This document shows positions 20,754 to 30,751 of a stretch of DNA of 64,000 nt, one piece after another; within the stretch, counting starts at the first letter, position 1, and each line of letters begins with the position of its first letter. A program made the translations under genes and the position numbers. The stretch is from a virus. The stretch covers positions 1 to 64,000 of the IMG/VR virus record IMGVR_UViG_3300042890_000947. The stretch is one strand, 5' to 3'. The notes under the pieces are model-generated. The model was given only the letters and a program-made list of their open reading frames with translations, ran no database searches and was not told where the DNA came from.

Positions 20754-22908
20754 GTCTTTGCTTATTGAATATATTATGGATACCGAAAACCCAATTCTTA
20801 ACTACAAGATGGGTCTCGAATATGAAAAGATTGGACAGACTGCGGCTGCTGTATCGTATCTACTACGCGCGGCTGAAAGATCAAAAGACAATCTTCTATC
20901 ATATGAATGTTTGTTGAGAGTTGGTAGATGTTTTGAAAAACAGAAAAACAGAAACTATACTGTTAAGTCTATGTATCGAAATGCTATCGATCTTTGCCCT
21001 GATAGACCAGAGGCATATTATCTTCTAGCAAGAAATTATAATTCCGAACAGAACTATGCTGACTCTTTTCTAATGTGTAGTATGGCACAACGCAACTGTA
21101 AAGAAAACTCATATTCAGATATAGGATCAGACTATCCTGGTAGATGGGGATTATATTATCACGAAGCAATCGCATCATGGTGGTATGGTAAAAATGAAAG
21201 GTCTAGAAGACTATTCAAAAGATTGAAAAGATTATATTGGAATGACATGGATAATTCTCATAGAGAAGAGGTTGATAATTATATGAGCACTATTGAATCT
21301 AAACTTGGCCCAGAACAAATCAAAACTGTAGATTGTTTCACATTCTATGCACCAACGATGAAAGAAATTCTTCGACTGAGACTTAATATACTAAAAGACC
21401 ATGTTGATGAGTTTGTTATTTCCGAATGTAATAAGAGTCATAGTGGCGCGCCTATGGAATATCAACTTGAAAACGTTCTAAGAGAAATAGGATGTGATCA
21501 TCTCAATATTAGAATTATTAAGGTGGATATTCCAGAAACAGAAAATCTTGTTATAGAAGATATCGATAGAGTTAATGCTTCCTACAACATCGATAACATC
21601 AATACTCTAAAAGCAAAGGTTAGAGAGCGTATGGGCATTGATTCTCTTGTTTCTGTACTGGACAGTTATAACGACGATACGGTCTTTATCATTAGTGATG
21701 CTGATGAGATTATTAAGCCACAAGCAATAGAATTCATGTCTTCTATTGTTAAGCAAAATCAAAATTGTATCATAAGAATTCCAATGGTATTGCTTGAAGG
21801 TAGAGCTGACTATCGTGTTTACAATAGAGATTCGAATACACCCGCTGAATGGACTGGCGCTGTTATCACAACAAGACAGCATTTGAGAAGAGCCACTCCA
21901 GCACAAATGAGAACCAATGTAAATAATCCTTTCCCTATAAACTATGTAACACAAAACGATCAAATGATACAGGACTTGGGATGGCATTTTAGTTCTATGG
22001 GCGGCAGAGATGTTGTCAAGCACAAGTATAAGACCTTTGTTCACTATGATGATACTTTTACCACATCATCGGTAAACGGTAAAGTTGCTTCCGTAAAGAA
22101 AATGGATTACATCGACAATGTTCTTATCGAAGAAGGATCGATGGGAGTCAGTGCTGAAAAAAATAGAATCCTCAAAAAGTATCCTATTGAAGATTTGCCT
22201 TCTATAATTTTTGAATTACCTACAGTTAAAGAGTTTTTATTTCCAACTTATGAGCCGACATCAAAAAATCAAACGAAACATAAGATTGAAAGAATATATC
22301 CAGAATATGATGCGAAGTATGGCGAATGGGGATGGATTTCACTCGACAAGGCCGGATGTTTAATCGACTATGTAGATGAAATTTGTAGAGATGTTGACAA
22401 TCCTATCTGCGTTGAAATTGGAGTTTATGCGGGTAAGAGTATTTTGCCTGTTGCTTTGGAATTAAAGAGAAATTACAAAGGTCAAATCTATGCCATTGAT
22501 CCTTGGACAAATGAAGAAGCGACCAAAGGATATGAGGGTCCGCACTATGAATATTGGAGTCAAATCAATCTACAAGAAAAATTTCAATTGTTTAAGACGG
22601 TAATTAAGGAATTTGAATTAGACGAATATGTTGTAACACTCAAAGAAACAAGTGATAATGCTCCTGAACTAAAGAATATTAACTTGCTACATATCGATGG
22701 TCAGCATACCGATCAAGCTCTACGCGATGCGAAAAAGTATGCTGTGAATGTTGAACTGAATGGATACTGTATTGTCGATGATGTTGATTGGGGTCAAGTT
22801 GAAAATGTACCTAAGTTCTTAGAAAAGATAGGATTCGTGCCTATTCATTCGGTAGGCTCTACGGCAATCTTTAAGAAACTTTGTTACAGAACAGATGTGG
22901 AAATTTAA
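20746..22908 (+). CDS. TPR + GT17-like glycosyltransferase + class I methyltransferase fusion
   Basis: TPR-like N-terminus; DCFTFY, SDADEI, GWHFSSMG; VEIGVYAGKS, HIDGQH. Confidence 0.7.
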   Translation: MLESLLIEYIMDTENPILNYKMGLEYEKIGQTAAAVSYLLRAAERSKDNLLSYECLLRVGRCFEKQKNRNYTVKSMYRNAIDLCPDRPEAYYLLARNYNSEQNYADSFLMCSMAQRNCKENSYSDIGSDYPGRWGLYYHEAIASWWYGKNERSRRLFKRLKRLYWNDMDNSHREEVDNYMSTIESKLGPEQIKTVDCFTFYAPTMKEILRLRLNILKDHVDEFVISECNKSHSGAPMEYQLENVLREIGCDHLNIRIIKVDIPETENLVIEDIDRVNASYNIDNINTLKAKVRERMGIDSLVSVLDSYNDDTVFIISDADEIIKPQAIEFMSSIVKQNQNCIIRIPMVLLEGRADYRVYNRDSNTPAEWTGAVITTRQHLRRATPAQMRTNVNNPFPINYVTQNDQMIQDLGWHFSSMGGRDVVKHKYKTFVHYDDTFTTSSVNGKVASVKKMDYIDNVLIEEGSMGVSAEKNRILKKYPIEDLPSIIFELPTVKEFLFPTYEPTSKNQTKHKIERIYPEYDAKYGEWGWISLDKAGCLIDYVDEICRDVDNPICVEIGVYAGKSILPVALELKRNYKGQIYAIDPWTNEEATKGYEGPHYEYWSQINLQEKFQLFKTVIKEFELDEYVVTLKETSDNAPELKNINLLHIDGQHTDQALRDAKKYAVNVELNGYCIVDDVDWGQVENVPKFLEKIGFVPIHSVGSTAIFKKLCYRTDVEI

Positions 22909-22910
22909 TT

Positions 22911-24383
22911 ATGAAGACAGTACTATTTTATCATATCTATTTGGACGATCTGGGTCATTGGTCATCAATTGTTAATGAACAGTTTTCCTGTGCTGTAGAT
23001 TCGGGTCTATTTGATGCTACAGATGAAATGTATATCACATGTGTCAGCAACAGTTATTGGAAAACAAAGTGGTTTAGTGTTCTAGCTAATTCTTATTTTA
23101 AGAAAGCGGTAATCGAGGAAGTACCAGATCCTTTTGTTTCAGATCAAGATATGTTGAACCACTATCCTGATTTTACAAAAAATCAAGGCAATCATGGCGG
23201 AAATAAAAATACTGAATCCTATACCCATAGTAAAATCTATAATATGGCTCAAAAAGAAGACATGAAGATTTTGTATTTTCATGCGCGTGGTATAACTTTC
23301 AGTTTGAGAGGACTGTATGAGGCAAGAGATAACAACAATGTTAAGTGGGCATATGATAATCAATATCAAAAGTCAACATATCTTTCTAGACAATTTTTAA
23401 ATTGGGGAGCAATTGAAAATTGGAAAACATTACATAAAGCTCTTGATACATATGATGTAGCCAGTTTCAATTACCAAACATATCTTATACCACATTTTGC
23501 TGGTAATACTTGGTGGGCAAAATCAAGCTATCTGAGAACTCTCGGTGATCCTTCAAATCTAAATTGGTGGAACAGTTTTCTAGATAATTTAGGAGATGTT
23601 AGATCGATAATAGGATCTAACAGATATAGAGATGAATTCTGGATCAATTCAAATCCAGAGGCCAAGTTGTATAACTTTGTTGATATAAAAGAGAACGAGA
23701 ATCCCCTTAAGAACATAGTTCATAGACCAGTGTATGAGAATAAGGCTCATCATCCTCTTCCAGAACCTGAAAAGCCTAAGCCCACTGAACAAGAATTAAT
23801 GTTCAATGTGAACAAAGGCATGAACAAGAGAGCCTTTATAGTAGACAACTTCTATTCAGATCCTCTTGCTATTCGGGCTTTCGCGCAGCAGCAAGAATAT
23901 GTCGAAGGTGGTTTTGGTCGTGGGTTTATAGGAAAAAGAACAGTTAAGCAGTTTCTTTTTCCTGAAGTCAAGAGATCATTCGAATCTATTTTAAATATGA
24001 AAATTACCAAGTGGGAAGACTATGGTATGAATGGTAGATTCCAACTCAATACCGCAGGAGAACCAGTAGTATATCACTGTGACTTCCAAAAATATGCTGC
24101 TATGATCTTTCTAACACCAGATGCTCCGCCATCGTGTGGAACATCTACTTTCATGCATAAAAAGAGTAGAGTTCATCATAACTCTAGTCCACGCATCAAT
24201 GAAGTTTTCTATGGTAGCAACCACCTTGATGGAACTCCATTTGAAAGAGTTGATAAGTTCGGAAACATATTCAATAGATTGGTCATCTTTGACGGCGGAT
24301 GCATCCATGCTGCCAGCGAATATTTTGGCATAACTATGGATGATGCTAGACTGTGGCATATGTTCTTCTTTGACGCAGAATAA
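22911..24383 (+). CDS. GT-like domain fused to 2OG-Fe(II) oxygenase
   Basis: ILYFHARG, PHFAGNTWWAK; C-terminal VDNFYSDP, HCD, FNRLVIFDG..IH..R. Confidence 0.65.
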   Translation: MKTVLFYHIYLDDLGHWSSIVNEQFSCAVDSGLFDATDEMYITCVSNSYWKTKWFSVLANSYFKKAVIEEVPDPFVSDQDMLNHYPDFTKNQGNHGGNKNTESYTHSKIYNMAQKEDMKILYFHARGITFSLRGLYEARDNNNVKWAYDNQYQKSTYLSRQFLNWGAIENWKTLHKALDTYDVASFNYQTYLIPHFAGNTWWAKSSYLRTLGDPSNLNWWNSFLDNLGDVRSIIGSNRYRDEFWINSNPEAKLYNFVDIKENENPLKNIVHRPVYENKAHHPLPEPEKPKPTEQELMFNVNKGMNKRAFIVDNFYSDPLAIRAFAQQQEYVEGGFGRGFIGKRTVKQFLFPEVKRSFESILNMKITKWEDYGMNGRFQLNTAGEPVVYHCDFQKYAAMIFLTPDAPPSCGTSTFMHKKSRVHHNSSPRINEVFYGSNHLDGTPFERVDKFGNIFNRLVIFDGGCIHAASEYFGITMDDARLWHMFFFDAE

Positions 24384-24396
24384 TTTTTTTAAACAC

Positions 24397-24427
24397 TTGA
24401 CTTGAGACATAGGATGTGATATAAATA
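24397..24427 (+). promoter_or_regulatory. composite sigma70/late promoter
   Basis: TTGACT-N17-TATAAATA; GGATGTGATATAAATA identical to 52443-52458. Confidence 0.6.
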
Positions 24428-24432
24428 TGTAT

Positions 24433-24491
24433 GTCTTCGCCTGAATGGGAAGACTTAAACAACTAACTTGCTAAACAGGAGTTAACACATG
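24433..24491 (+). promoter_or_regulatory. ROSE-like RNA thermometer in the sHsp 5' UTR
   Basis: 5' hairpin GTCTTC/GAAGAC, then TAACTTGCT pairing with SD AGGAGTTA with bulged G. Confidence 0.6.
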
Positions 24492-25022
24492 ACTATCAAT
24501 AAAATCCCCTTTTTCGATCCTATGTCTTTTTCTCTTCCGAAGCAGTTCAATACCACAATTGGATTTGAACCAATCTTGAAGAGACTTTCGGAAATGTCAG
24601 AAACCCTTCCTAAGATTCCTACTTATCCGCCTTACAATATCAGACAGACTGGTGAAAACACCTACGTTATTGAAATCGCTGTTGCTGGTTTTGGCAAGCA
24701 GGATCTGGAACTTGAGCTAGAAGATGGTAAGCTTACCGTCAAGGGCAATATTCATACAAATGACACCGACGACAATTATATCTTCAAGGGAATTGCAGAA
24801 CGTGCTTTCACTCGCCAGTTCGCTCTGGCCGATACAATTGAAATTAAGAATGCTGATTTGATTAACGGTATGCTAAAGATTTGGCTTGAACGCTTCATTC
24901 CTGAAGATAAGAAGCCAAAGAAAATCAACATCGGCGAAAAGACTGAATCCAAGAAAGAACTTCTCAACGAGGATGGCAATACTGCCACCAAAGAGTATCT
25001 ACAAGATAGATCGGAGAAGTAA
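24489..25022 (+). CDS. small heat shock protein (Hsp20/IbpA family)
   Basis: YPPYNI, IAVAGF, GIAERAFTRQF, NGMLKI, IPEDKKPKKI. Confidence 0.95.
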   Translation: MTINKIPFFDPMSFSLPKQFNTTIGFEPILKRLSEMSETLPKIPTYPPYNIRQTGENTYVIEIAVAGFGKQDLELELEDGKLTVKGNIHTNDTDDNYIFKGIAERAFTRQFALADTIEIKNADLINGMLKIWLERFIPEDKKPKKINIGEKTESKKELLNEDGNTATKEYLQDRSEK

Positions 25023-25171
25023 TGATAAGAACACTGAAGAAACTATTCACTCGCAAGAGTGAGCATGATCGTATGTATGATTATCTTTGTCAAGCTACCG
25101 ATCAAGCTCACTTAGAATGGCTTCAGCGTGAATGGGACCGCAAGTCCTATAACGATAGGAGACATTGGTAA
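25022..25171 (+). CDS. small protein, DUF3563-like (49 aa)
   Basis: TAATG-coupled ORF MIRTLKKLF...YLCQATDQAHLEWLQREW; below ORF-track cutoff. Confidence 0.55.
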   Translation: MIRTLKKLFTRKSEHDRMYDYLCQATDQAHLEWLQREWDRKSYNDRRHW

Positions 25172-25226
25172 TGGCTCCTTATACTAATGAAGAAGCTGAT
25201 TGGCTATCTGGCCAATGACACTACAT

Positions 25227-25257
25227 ACTGAGGAGCAATAACGCTCCTCAGTTTTTA
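25227..25257 (+). terminator. intrinsic terminator
   Basis: ACTGAGGAGC-aataac-GCTCCTCAGT followed by T run. Confidence 0.75.
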
Positions 25258-25271
25258 TTATGGAGAAATGT

Positions 25272-26243
25272 ATGAATAAGACTATGCTTACTCTTGCTGC
25301 TGTTCTGTTTGCTTTTGGTACCAGTTCAGTTTATGCTACCAGTGATGTTATCCGTATTGTAGGATCATCTACAGTTTATCCCTTCACAACCACTGTCGCA
25401 GAACAGTTCGCTAAGAAGAATGGTGTTTCAGCACCAATCGTTGAAGCAACTGGCACTGGTGGTGGTATCAAGATGTTCTGTGCTGGTAACGGTCCGGATA
25501 CTCCTGATGCTGTGAATGCTTCTCGTAAGATGAAGGATGAAGAGAAGAAGATTTGTGCTGAGAATGGTGTAGAAAACATCACCGAAATGGCAATCGGTAT
25601 TGATGCCATTGTAGTCGCAATGTCTAAGGATCATCCTGGCATCAACCTATCAACAAACGATATCTATCGCGCTCTTGCGAAGTATGTGGTTGTTGATGGT
25701 AAGTTTGTCGAAAATCCAGTAAAGACTTGGAATGAGGTTCGTTCTGATCTTCCTTCTGACAAGATTGAAGTTCTTGGCCCGCCGCCAACTTCAGGTACGC
25801 GCGACTCATTTGTAGAGTTGGTATTTGAGAAGGAATGCAAGGCTGACATTAAGAATAACAACTTGATCGTTTCAGAAGAAGATACAAAGGCATTCTGTCA
25901 ATCAGTTCGTGAAGATGGCGCATACATCGAAGCGGGTGAGAATGATAATCTAATCGTTCAGAAGCTTCAATCGAATCCTGCTGCTCTCGGTATCTTTGGT
26001 TATTCATTCCTTGAAGAGAACCTAAACACTATTCAGGGCGCAACAATCAATGATGTTGCACCAGAATATGATGCTATCGCTGCTGGTAATTATCCAATCG
26101 CTCGTAAGCTCTATGTTTATTTCAAGGGATCACACTTTGAATCAAATCCAGACTTGAAGAAGTTTATGGATGAATATCAGAGCGACGAAGCTATTGGCGA
26201 AGAAGGATATTTGGCTGAGAAGGGTCTTATCCCGCTTAAGTAA
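25272..26243 (+). CDS. pstS: phosphate ABC transporter substrate-binding protein
   Basis: signal peptide, IVGSSTVYPF, TGTGGG, SGTRDSF, ENDNLIVQKL, YPIARKLY. Confidence 0.9.
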   Translation: MNKTMLTLAAVLFAFGTSSVYATSDVIRIVGSSTVYPFTTTVAEQFAKKNGVSAPIVEATGTGGGIKMFCAGNGPDTPDAVNASRKMKDEEKKICAENGVENITEMAIGIDAIVVAMSKDHPGINLSTNDIYRALAKYVVVDGKFVENPVKTWNEVRSDLPSDKIEVLGPPPTSGTRDSFVELVFEKECKADIKNNNLIVSEEDTKAFCQSVREDGAYIEAGENDNLIVQKLQSNPAALGIFGYSFLEENLNTIQGATINDVAPEYDAIAAGNYPIARKLYVYFKGSHFESNPDLKKFMDEYQSDEAIGEEGYLAEKGLIPLK

Positions 26244-26246
26244 TAC

Positions 26247-26294
26247 TTGACAATCTGGAGAGGATGATATATACTATCATCTTCTCCTTTCTTT
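26247..26294 (+). promoter_or_regulatory. sigma70 promoter overlapping a terminator hairpin
   Basis: TTGACA-N17-TATACT; GGAGAGGATGATA/TATCATCTTCTCC stem with the -10 in the loop, then TTTCTTT. Confidence 0.65.
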
Positions 26295-26305
26295 ATAGGT
26301 ATATT

Positions 26306-27055
26306 ATGAAACTCATTATTGAAAAGTCTGTGGTCGTTGTTACCCCTACAGTAGGTTCAGCAAAACTTGCTGATGCTGTTGAGAGCGTTGCGAATCAGAC
26401 ATATAAAAATCTCACACATCTTTTGGTTCTAGATGGAACTGAACATCTAGAACGTTTTAATAAAAATCTTGTGCACCAAGATAAGGATCATTGGAATCTT
26501 CAATTTATGTTTCTACCTTGGAACACTGGAGGGACTGGTGGCAAATTCTACGGGCATCGCATCTATGCTGGTGTTCCTCATTTTCTCAATGCTGATTATG
26601 TCTTTTTTCTTGATGAAGATAATTGGTATGAACCCGATCATGTGAGAACTCTTGTAGAGGTGCTTGATCGTGGTAACGATTTCGCATACTCATTCCGCAA
26701 AATATACTCCCCCGATAAGACATATATCGCAGACGATAACTGTGAAGCACTAGGCAAATGGCCAATCTATTTCTCTCACAATGATCCGCAGTATCTTGTT
26801 GATACATCTTCGTTTGCCTTCAATACAAAATTCCTACAGAAGACTTGTCATTTATGGCATTCTGGTTGGGGCGGTGATCGCAGATATCTTTACAGTGTAT
26901 TAGCTCAGAATCCTAAGTGGGATACAAGTTATAAACACACTCTCTGTTATAGAACAGACGCAAATCCAAATTCTCCTGATGCTGATTTCTTCATCAAGGG
27001 CAACGAACAACAGCTTGAACATTATAATGGAGCATTACCATGGATTACAAATTAG
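26306..27055 (+). CDS. GT2-family glycosyltransferase
   Basis: VVTPT, SVANQTY, FLDEDNW (DxD). Confidence 0.8.
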   Translation: MKLIIEKSVVVVTPTVGSAKLADAVESVANQTYKNLTHLLVLDGTEHLERFNKNLVHQDKDHWNLQFMFLPWNTGGTGGKFYGHRIYAGVPHFLNADYVFFLDEDNWYEPDHVRTLVEVLDRGNDFAYSFRKIYSPDKTYIADDNCEALGKWPIYFSHNDPQYLVDTSSFAFNTKFLQKTCHLWHSGWGGDRRYLYSVLAQNPKWDTSYKHTLCYRTDANPNSPDADFFIKGNEQQLEHYNGALPWITN

Positions 27056-27621
27056 TACTACCCGGCCAAGAAGTGATAGAATCAAACAGTCTTTCTCATT
27101 TAACATTAGAATACTTAAAAACGTATGCTTCAGGTGATATTTTTGTTGAAACTGGCACATATCTCGGTGATACTGTAAGACTTGCTCTTGAGCATGGTTT
27201 TAAGAAGATACATTCGATTGAGTTGAACAAGAAGCTTTATGATGATGCTGTAGAAATGTTTAAGGATGAACCAGCCGTGAAGATTTGGCTTGGCGATTCT
27301 GCCGAGATTCTTCCTGTTATCATTAATGAGATTGGAGATAACCGTGCTACTTTCTGGTTAGACGCTCACGCATCTGGACCTCTTGTTGGTGGCAAGAGCG
27401 GAGGTTCTCCTGTGGTAGATGAGTTAGCTATCATTAATGCTAGTGTTTGTAAAGAACACACTATCTTTATTGATGATAAGAGATTATTTGGTTCGGCCGA
27501 ATGGTCTTATGTGAGTTTATCAAGTGCTATGGAAAATCTTTTAAAGATAAATCCAAAATATAGAATTGAATTTCTTGATGGACACATTCCTAATGATGTG
27601 ATTTGCGCGAGAGTAGAATAA
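27040..27621 (+). CDS. class I SAM methyltransferase-like protein
   Basis: FVETGTYLG, SIEL, GDS, FWLDAH, IDD. Confidence 0.65.
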   Translation: MDYKLVLPGQEVIESNSLSHLTLEYLKTYASGDIFVETGTYLGDTVRLALEHGFKKIHSIELNKKLYDDAVEMFKDEPAVKIWLGDSAEILPVIINEIGDNRATFWLDAHASGPLVGGKSGGSPVVDELAIINASVCKEHTIFIDDKRLFGSAEWSYVSLSSAMENLLKINPKYRIEFLDGHIPNDVICARVE

Positions 27622-28526
27622 TGGGTAAAGACTTAATTATTGGTGGCGCTTCTGGCTACACCTGGGATCAATTGAAGTACTGGGTCAATTCAATTCAGCT
27701 TTCTGGTTTTGCTGGTGATGTTGTTCTAGTCGCAACAAACATCACTAAAGAGACAATTGATAAGCTCACAAGCAAGGGTGTTATTCTTGAATTGTATGGC
27801 AATAAGGATGCTGAAGGCAACTTTACAGCACACACAAATGGTGCGCCTCATGTAGAACGCTTCTTCTATATCTGGAACTACATCAGACAAAATCTAGATT
27901 TATATGATTTCGTGATCACGACGGACACGCGCGATGTTGTGTTTCAGCAGAATCCCTCTGCTTGGCTTGATGAGATGATTTTCTCTGGTCGTGAAACTAT
28001 TGTTGTAGCTTCTGAGGGAATGAAATATGAAGACGAGCCTTGGAGCAATAACAATTTATTAGAATCTTTCGGACCATATTTCCATAGCATATATAAGTCG
28101 AATCCAATTTTCAACGTTGGTACTATTGCGGGCGAAGCTGCGTACATTGCTGACTTACTATTTTTGATCTTCCAGTTGTCTATCAACAGACCTATTCCGA
28201 TTGTTGATCAAGCTGTATTCAATATCATTCTTCAACAGAAGCCGTATAAGGATATTGTTAAGTTCTCATACAACTCTGATGGGTGGGCAATTCAGCTTGG
28301 CACAACAATTGAGGCGGTAAAGTCTGGCGCTGGTGATATTGGCATGAGCGTAGCACAGAATCCATCAAACATGATTCTATATCAAGCTAAGTATTTTGAT
28401 GAGCAACCGCGACTAACTGCTGATGGTTATGTTGAGAACGAAAAAGGCAATAGATTTGTAATTGTTCACCAATATGATCGCACTAATTCTTGGAAAAATA
28501 AGATTATGGAGAAGTATAATGACTAA
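27621..28526 (+). CDS. glycosyltransferase-like protein (GT-A)
   Basis: TDTRDVVFQQNP, NVGTIAG, DQAVFN, HQYDR. Confidence 0.6.
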   Translation: MGKDLIIGGASGYTWDQLKYWVNSIQLSGFAGDVVLVATNITKETIDKLTSKGVILELYGNKDAEGNFTAHTNGAPHVERFFYIWNYIRQNLDLYDFVITTDTRDVVFQQNPSAWLDEMIFSGRETIVVASEGMKYEDEPWSNNNLLESFGPYFHSIYKSNPIFNVGTIAGEAAYIADLLFLIFQLSINRPIPIVDQAVFNIILQQKPYKDIVKFSYNSDGWAIQLGTTIEAVKSGAGDIGMSVAQNPSNMILYQAKYFDEQPRLTADGYVENEKGNRFVIVHQYDRTNSWKNKIMEKYND

Positions 28527-29544
28527 GACTGTATTGATTACTGGCGGCGCTGGCTTTATCGCACACCATGTTGTGGGACATTTATTGGATAATACAGACT
28601 GGAATATTATCACATTAGATAGACTTGATTATTCTGGCAATTTGAATAGATTATATGAAGTCACTCATGATCGTCCTTCCGATCAAACAAAGAGAGTTCG
28701 TACTGTTTTTCATGATTTGAAGGCTGAACTTAATCCTCTCGTACAGAATTTTGTTGGTAAGCCAGATATCATTCTTCATTTGGCAGCAGCTTCACATGTG
28801 GATCGTTCTATTTCACATCCTATAGAATGTATTACAGATAATGTCATGGGCACAGCTAACTTGCTTGAGTACGCGCGTAGACTTGATAATCTTGAAATGT
28901 TCCTTTATTTTAGTACTGATGAAATCTTTGGTGTAGCACCTCCCGGTGTTGCGTACAAGGAACGTGATCGTTACAACTCGACCAATCCTTACTCAGCATC
29001 TAAGGCAGGCGCAGAAGAACTGTGTGTTGCGTATGAGAACACATACAAGATGCCAATGATGGTCACTCACACAATGAACGTGTTTGGCGAACGTCAGACT
29101 CCAGAGAAGTTTATTCCTCTGTCTATTAAGAAGGTACTACACGATGAAGTAGTGACTATTCATGCTGATCCCACAAAGACAAGAGCAGGATCTCGTTTCT
29201 ATGTTCATGCTAAGGATGTGGCTGACGCACTGTTATTCTTATTACAGAATAATCCACAGATTGAACCAGATTTTGGTATGGCAAAGTGTCGCAAATTTAA
29301 TATTGTTGGTAAAGAAGAAGTGGACAATCTTTCTCTTGCTAAGATGATTGCTGCCGCTCAGAATAAGGAACTAAAATATGAGATGGTTGATTTTCATACT
29401 TCTAGACCAGGTCACGATCTTAGGTATGCTCTCTCTGGTGATCTTATGCGGTCACTTGGTTGGGAACCTAGACTTGCTTTAAGTGAGCGCATCAAGGAAG
29501 TATCTGATTGGTATATGAATAATACCAAATGGTTAGGAATGTAA
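28519..29544 (+). CDS. dTDP-glucose 4,6-dehydratase (RmlB-like)
   Basis: TGGAGFI, HLAAASHVDRS, STDE, YSASK, RPGHDLRY. Confidence 0.85.
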   Translation: MTKTVLITGGAGFIAHHVVGHLLDNTDWNIITLDRLDYSGNLNRLYEVTHDRPSDQTKRVRTVFHDLKAELNPLVQNFVGKPDIILHLAAASHVDRSISHPIECITDNVMGTANLLEYARRLDNLEMFLYFSTDEIFGVAPPGVAYKERDRYNSTNPYSASKAGAEELCVAYENTYKMPMMVTHTMNVFGERQTPEKFIPLSIKKVLHDEVVTIHADPTKTRAGSRFYVHAKDVADALLFLLQNNPQIEPDFGMAKCRKFNIVGKEEVDNLSLAKMIAAAQNKELKYEMVDFHTSRPGHDLRYALSGDLMRSLGWEPRLALSERIKEVSDWYMNNTKWLGM

Positions 29545-29545
29545 T

Positions 29546-30739
29546 ATGGAAAACTGCGTAGAAATTAAAGAATGTATTGCGTGTGGAGGCAATCATTTAA
29601 AGTCTCTACTTGATCTTGGAATACAGCCTCTAGCTAATTCGTTTGTTAAGACAGACAATGAACCAGAGGCTGTGTATCCTCTCGCTACCAATTATTGCGA
29701 AGAATGCTTTCATGTACAATTGACACATAAAGTTAATCCTGATCTTTTGTTCAAGAACTATCTCTATGTGTCTGGTACTACAAAGACTCAGTTAGAATAC
29801 TTTGATTGGTTTGCTCAGTTTGTTATGGAAAACCATAAAGCGGATCGTGTTTTAGATATCGGCTGCAATGACGGCTCACAACTTGACGCATTCAAGAAGT
29901 ATGGCGCATTGACTTTCGGTGTTGATCCTGCAGAAAATCTATATCAGATCAGTTCCAAGAATCATCATGTACATTGTGGCTATTTTGATAGCACTTATCC
30001 TAGAATTGGATGTGGTGCTGTTATCTGCCAAAATGCTTTTGCTCACAACTATGACCAGCTTACATTCTTAAAGAATATGGCTAACGTTGTGTCAGATGAA
30101 GGGTACATCTATATTACTACATCACAGGCCGACATGGTCTTGAACTGTGAGTTTGATACTATCTATCACGAACATCTTTCTTTCTATAACGTTCGTTCTA
30201 TGAATGAACTGTGTAAAAGGGCTGGACTAAATCTAGTAGAAGTATTAAAGCATCCGATTCATGGCACTAGCTTTATCTTTGTTATATCAAAGTCAAAAGC
30301 TAGACCTTCATATATCAATCTTCTTATTAAGAATGAAGAAACATATCATCTTTATGATGAGAACACCTATGAAGCTTACGTTGAGGAATGTAAGAATATT
30401 ATAGAAGCGTTTGGTATTGAAGTTAGAAACCACAAGGCAGCGGGTAAGACTGTTATTGGCTATGGTGCTCCAGCTAAGGGCAACACTCTACTAAACGCAG
30501 CAAACATCATACTTGATTTCATCATTGATGATAATCCTATGAAGCAAGGATTGTTTACTCCTGGTATGCGCGTTCCTATCTTCTCTTCGGAAAAGATGAA
30601 TGAATATGCCAATGAAGATGTTGTATTCGTGCCTCTTGCTTGGAACTTCTTTGAAGAGATTCAAGCTAAGATTAAAAAGCTTCGTCCTGACAAGAAGGAT
30701 TCTTTTGTAAGATATTTTCCATACGTGTTTACGGAATAA
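29546..30739 (+). CDS. NDP-sugar C-methyltransferase
   Basis: CxxC...CxxC Zn domain, DIGCNDG, FDTIYHEH, GYGAPAKGNTL. Confidence 0.85.
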   Translation: MENCVEIKECIACGGNHLKSLLDLGIQPLANSFVKTDNEPEAVYPLATNYCEECFHVQLTHKVNPDLLFKNYLYVSGTTKTQLEYFDWFAQFVMENHKADRVLDIGCNDGSQLDAFKKYGALTFGVDPAENLYQISSKNHHVHCGYFDSTYPRIGCGAVICQNAFAHNYDQLTFLKNMANVVSDEGYIYITTSQADMVLNCEFDTIYHEHLSFYNVRSMNELCKRAGLNLVEVLKHPIHGTSFIFVISKSKARPSYINLLIKNEETYHLYDENTYEAYVEECKNIIEAFGIEVRNHKAAGKTVIGYGAPAKGNTLLNAANIILDFIIDDNPMKQGLFTPGMRVPIFSSEKMNEYANEDVVFVPLAWNFFEEIQAKIKKLRPDKKDSFVRYFPYVFTE

Positions 30740-30751
30740 GTGAGGTATAAT

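Noticed and set aside
25172-25271. Pho box upstream of pstS
   Set aside because: Only a single reverse half-site (ATGACAC); no 11-bp-spaced tandem repeat.
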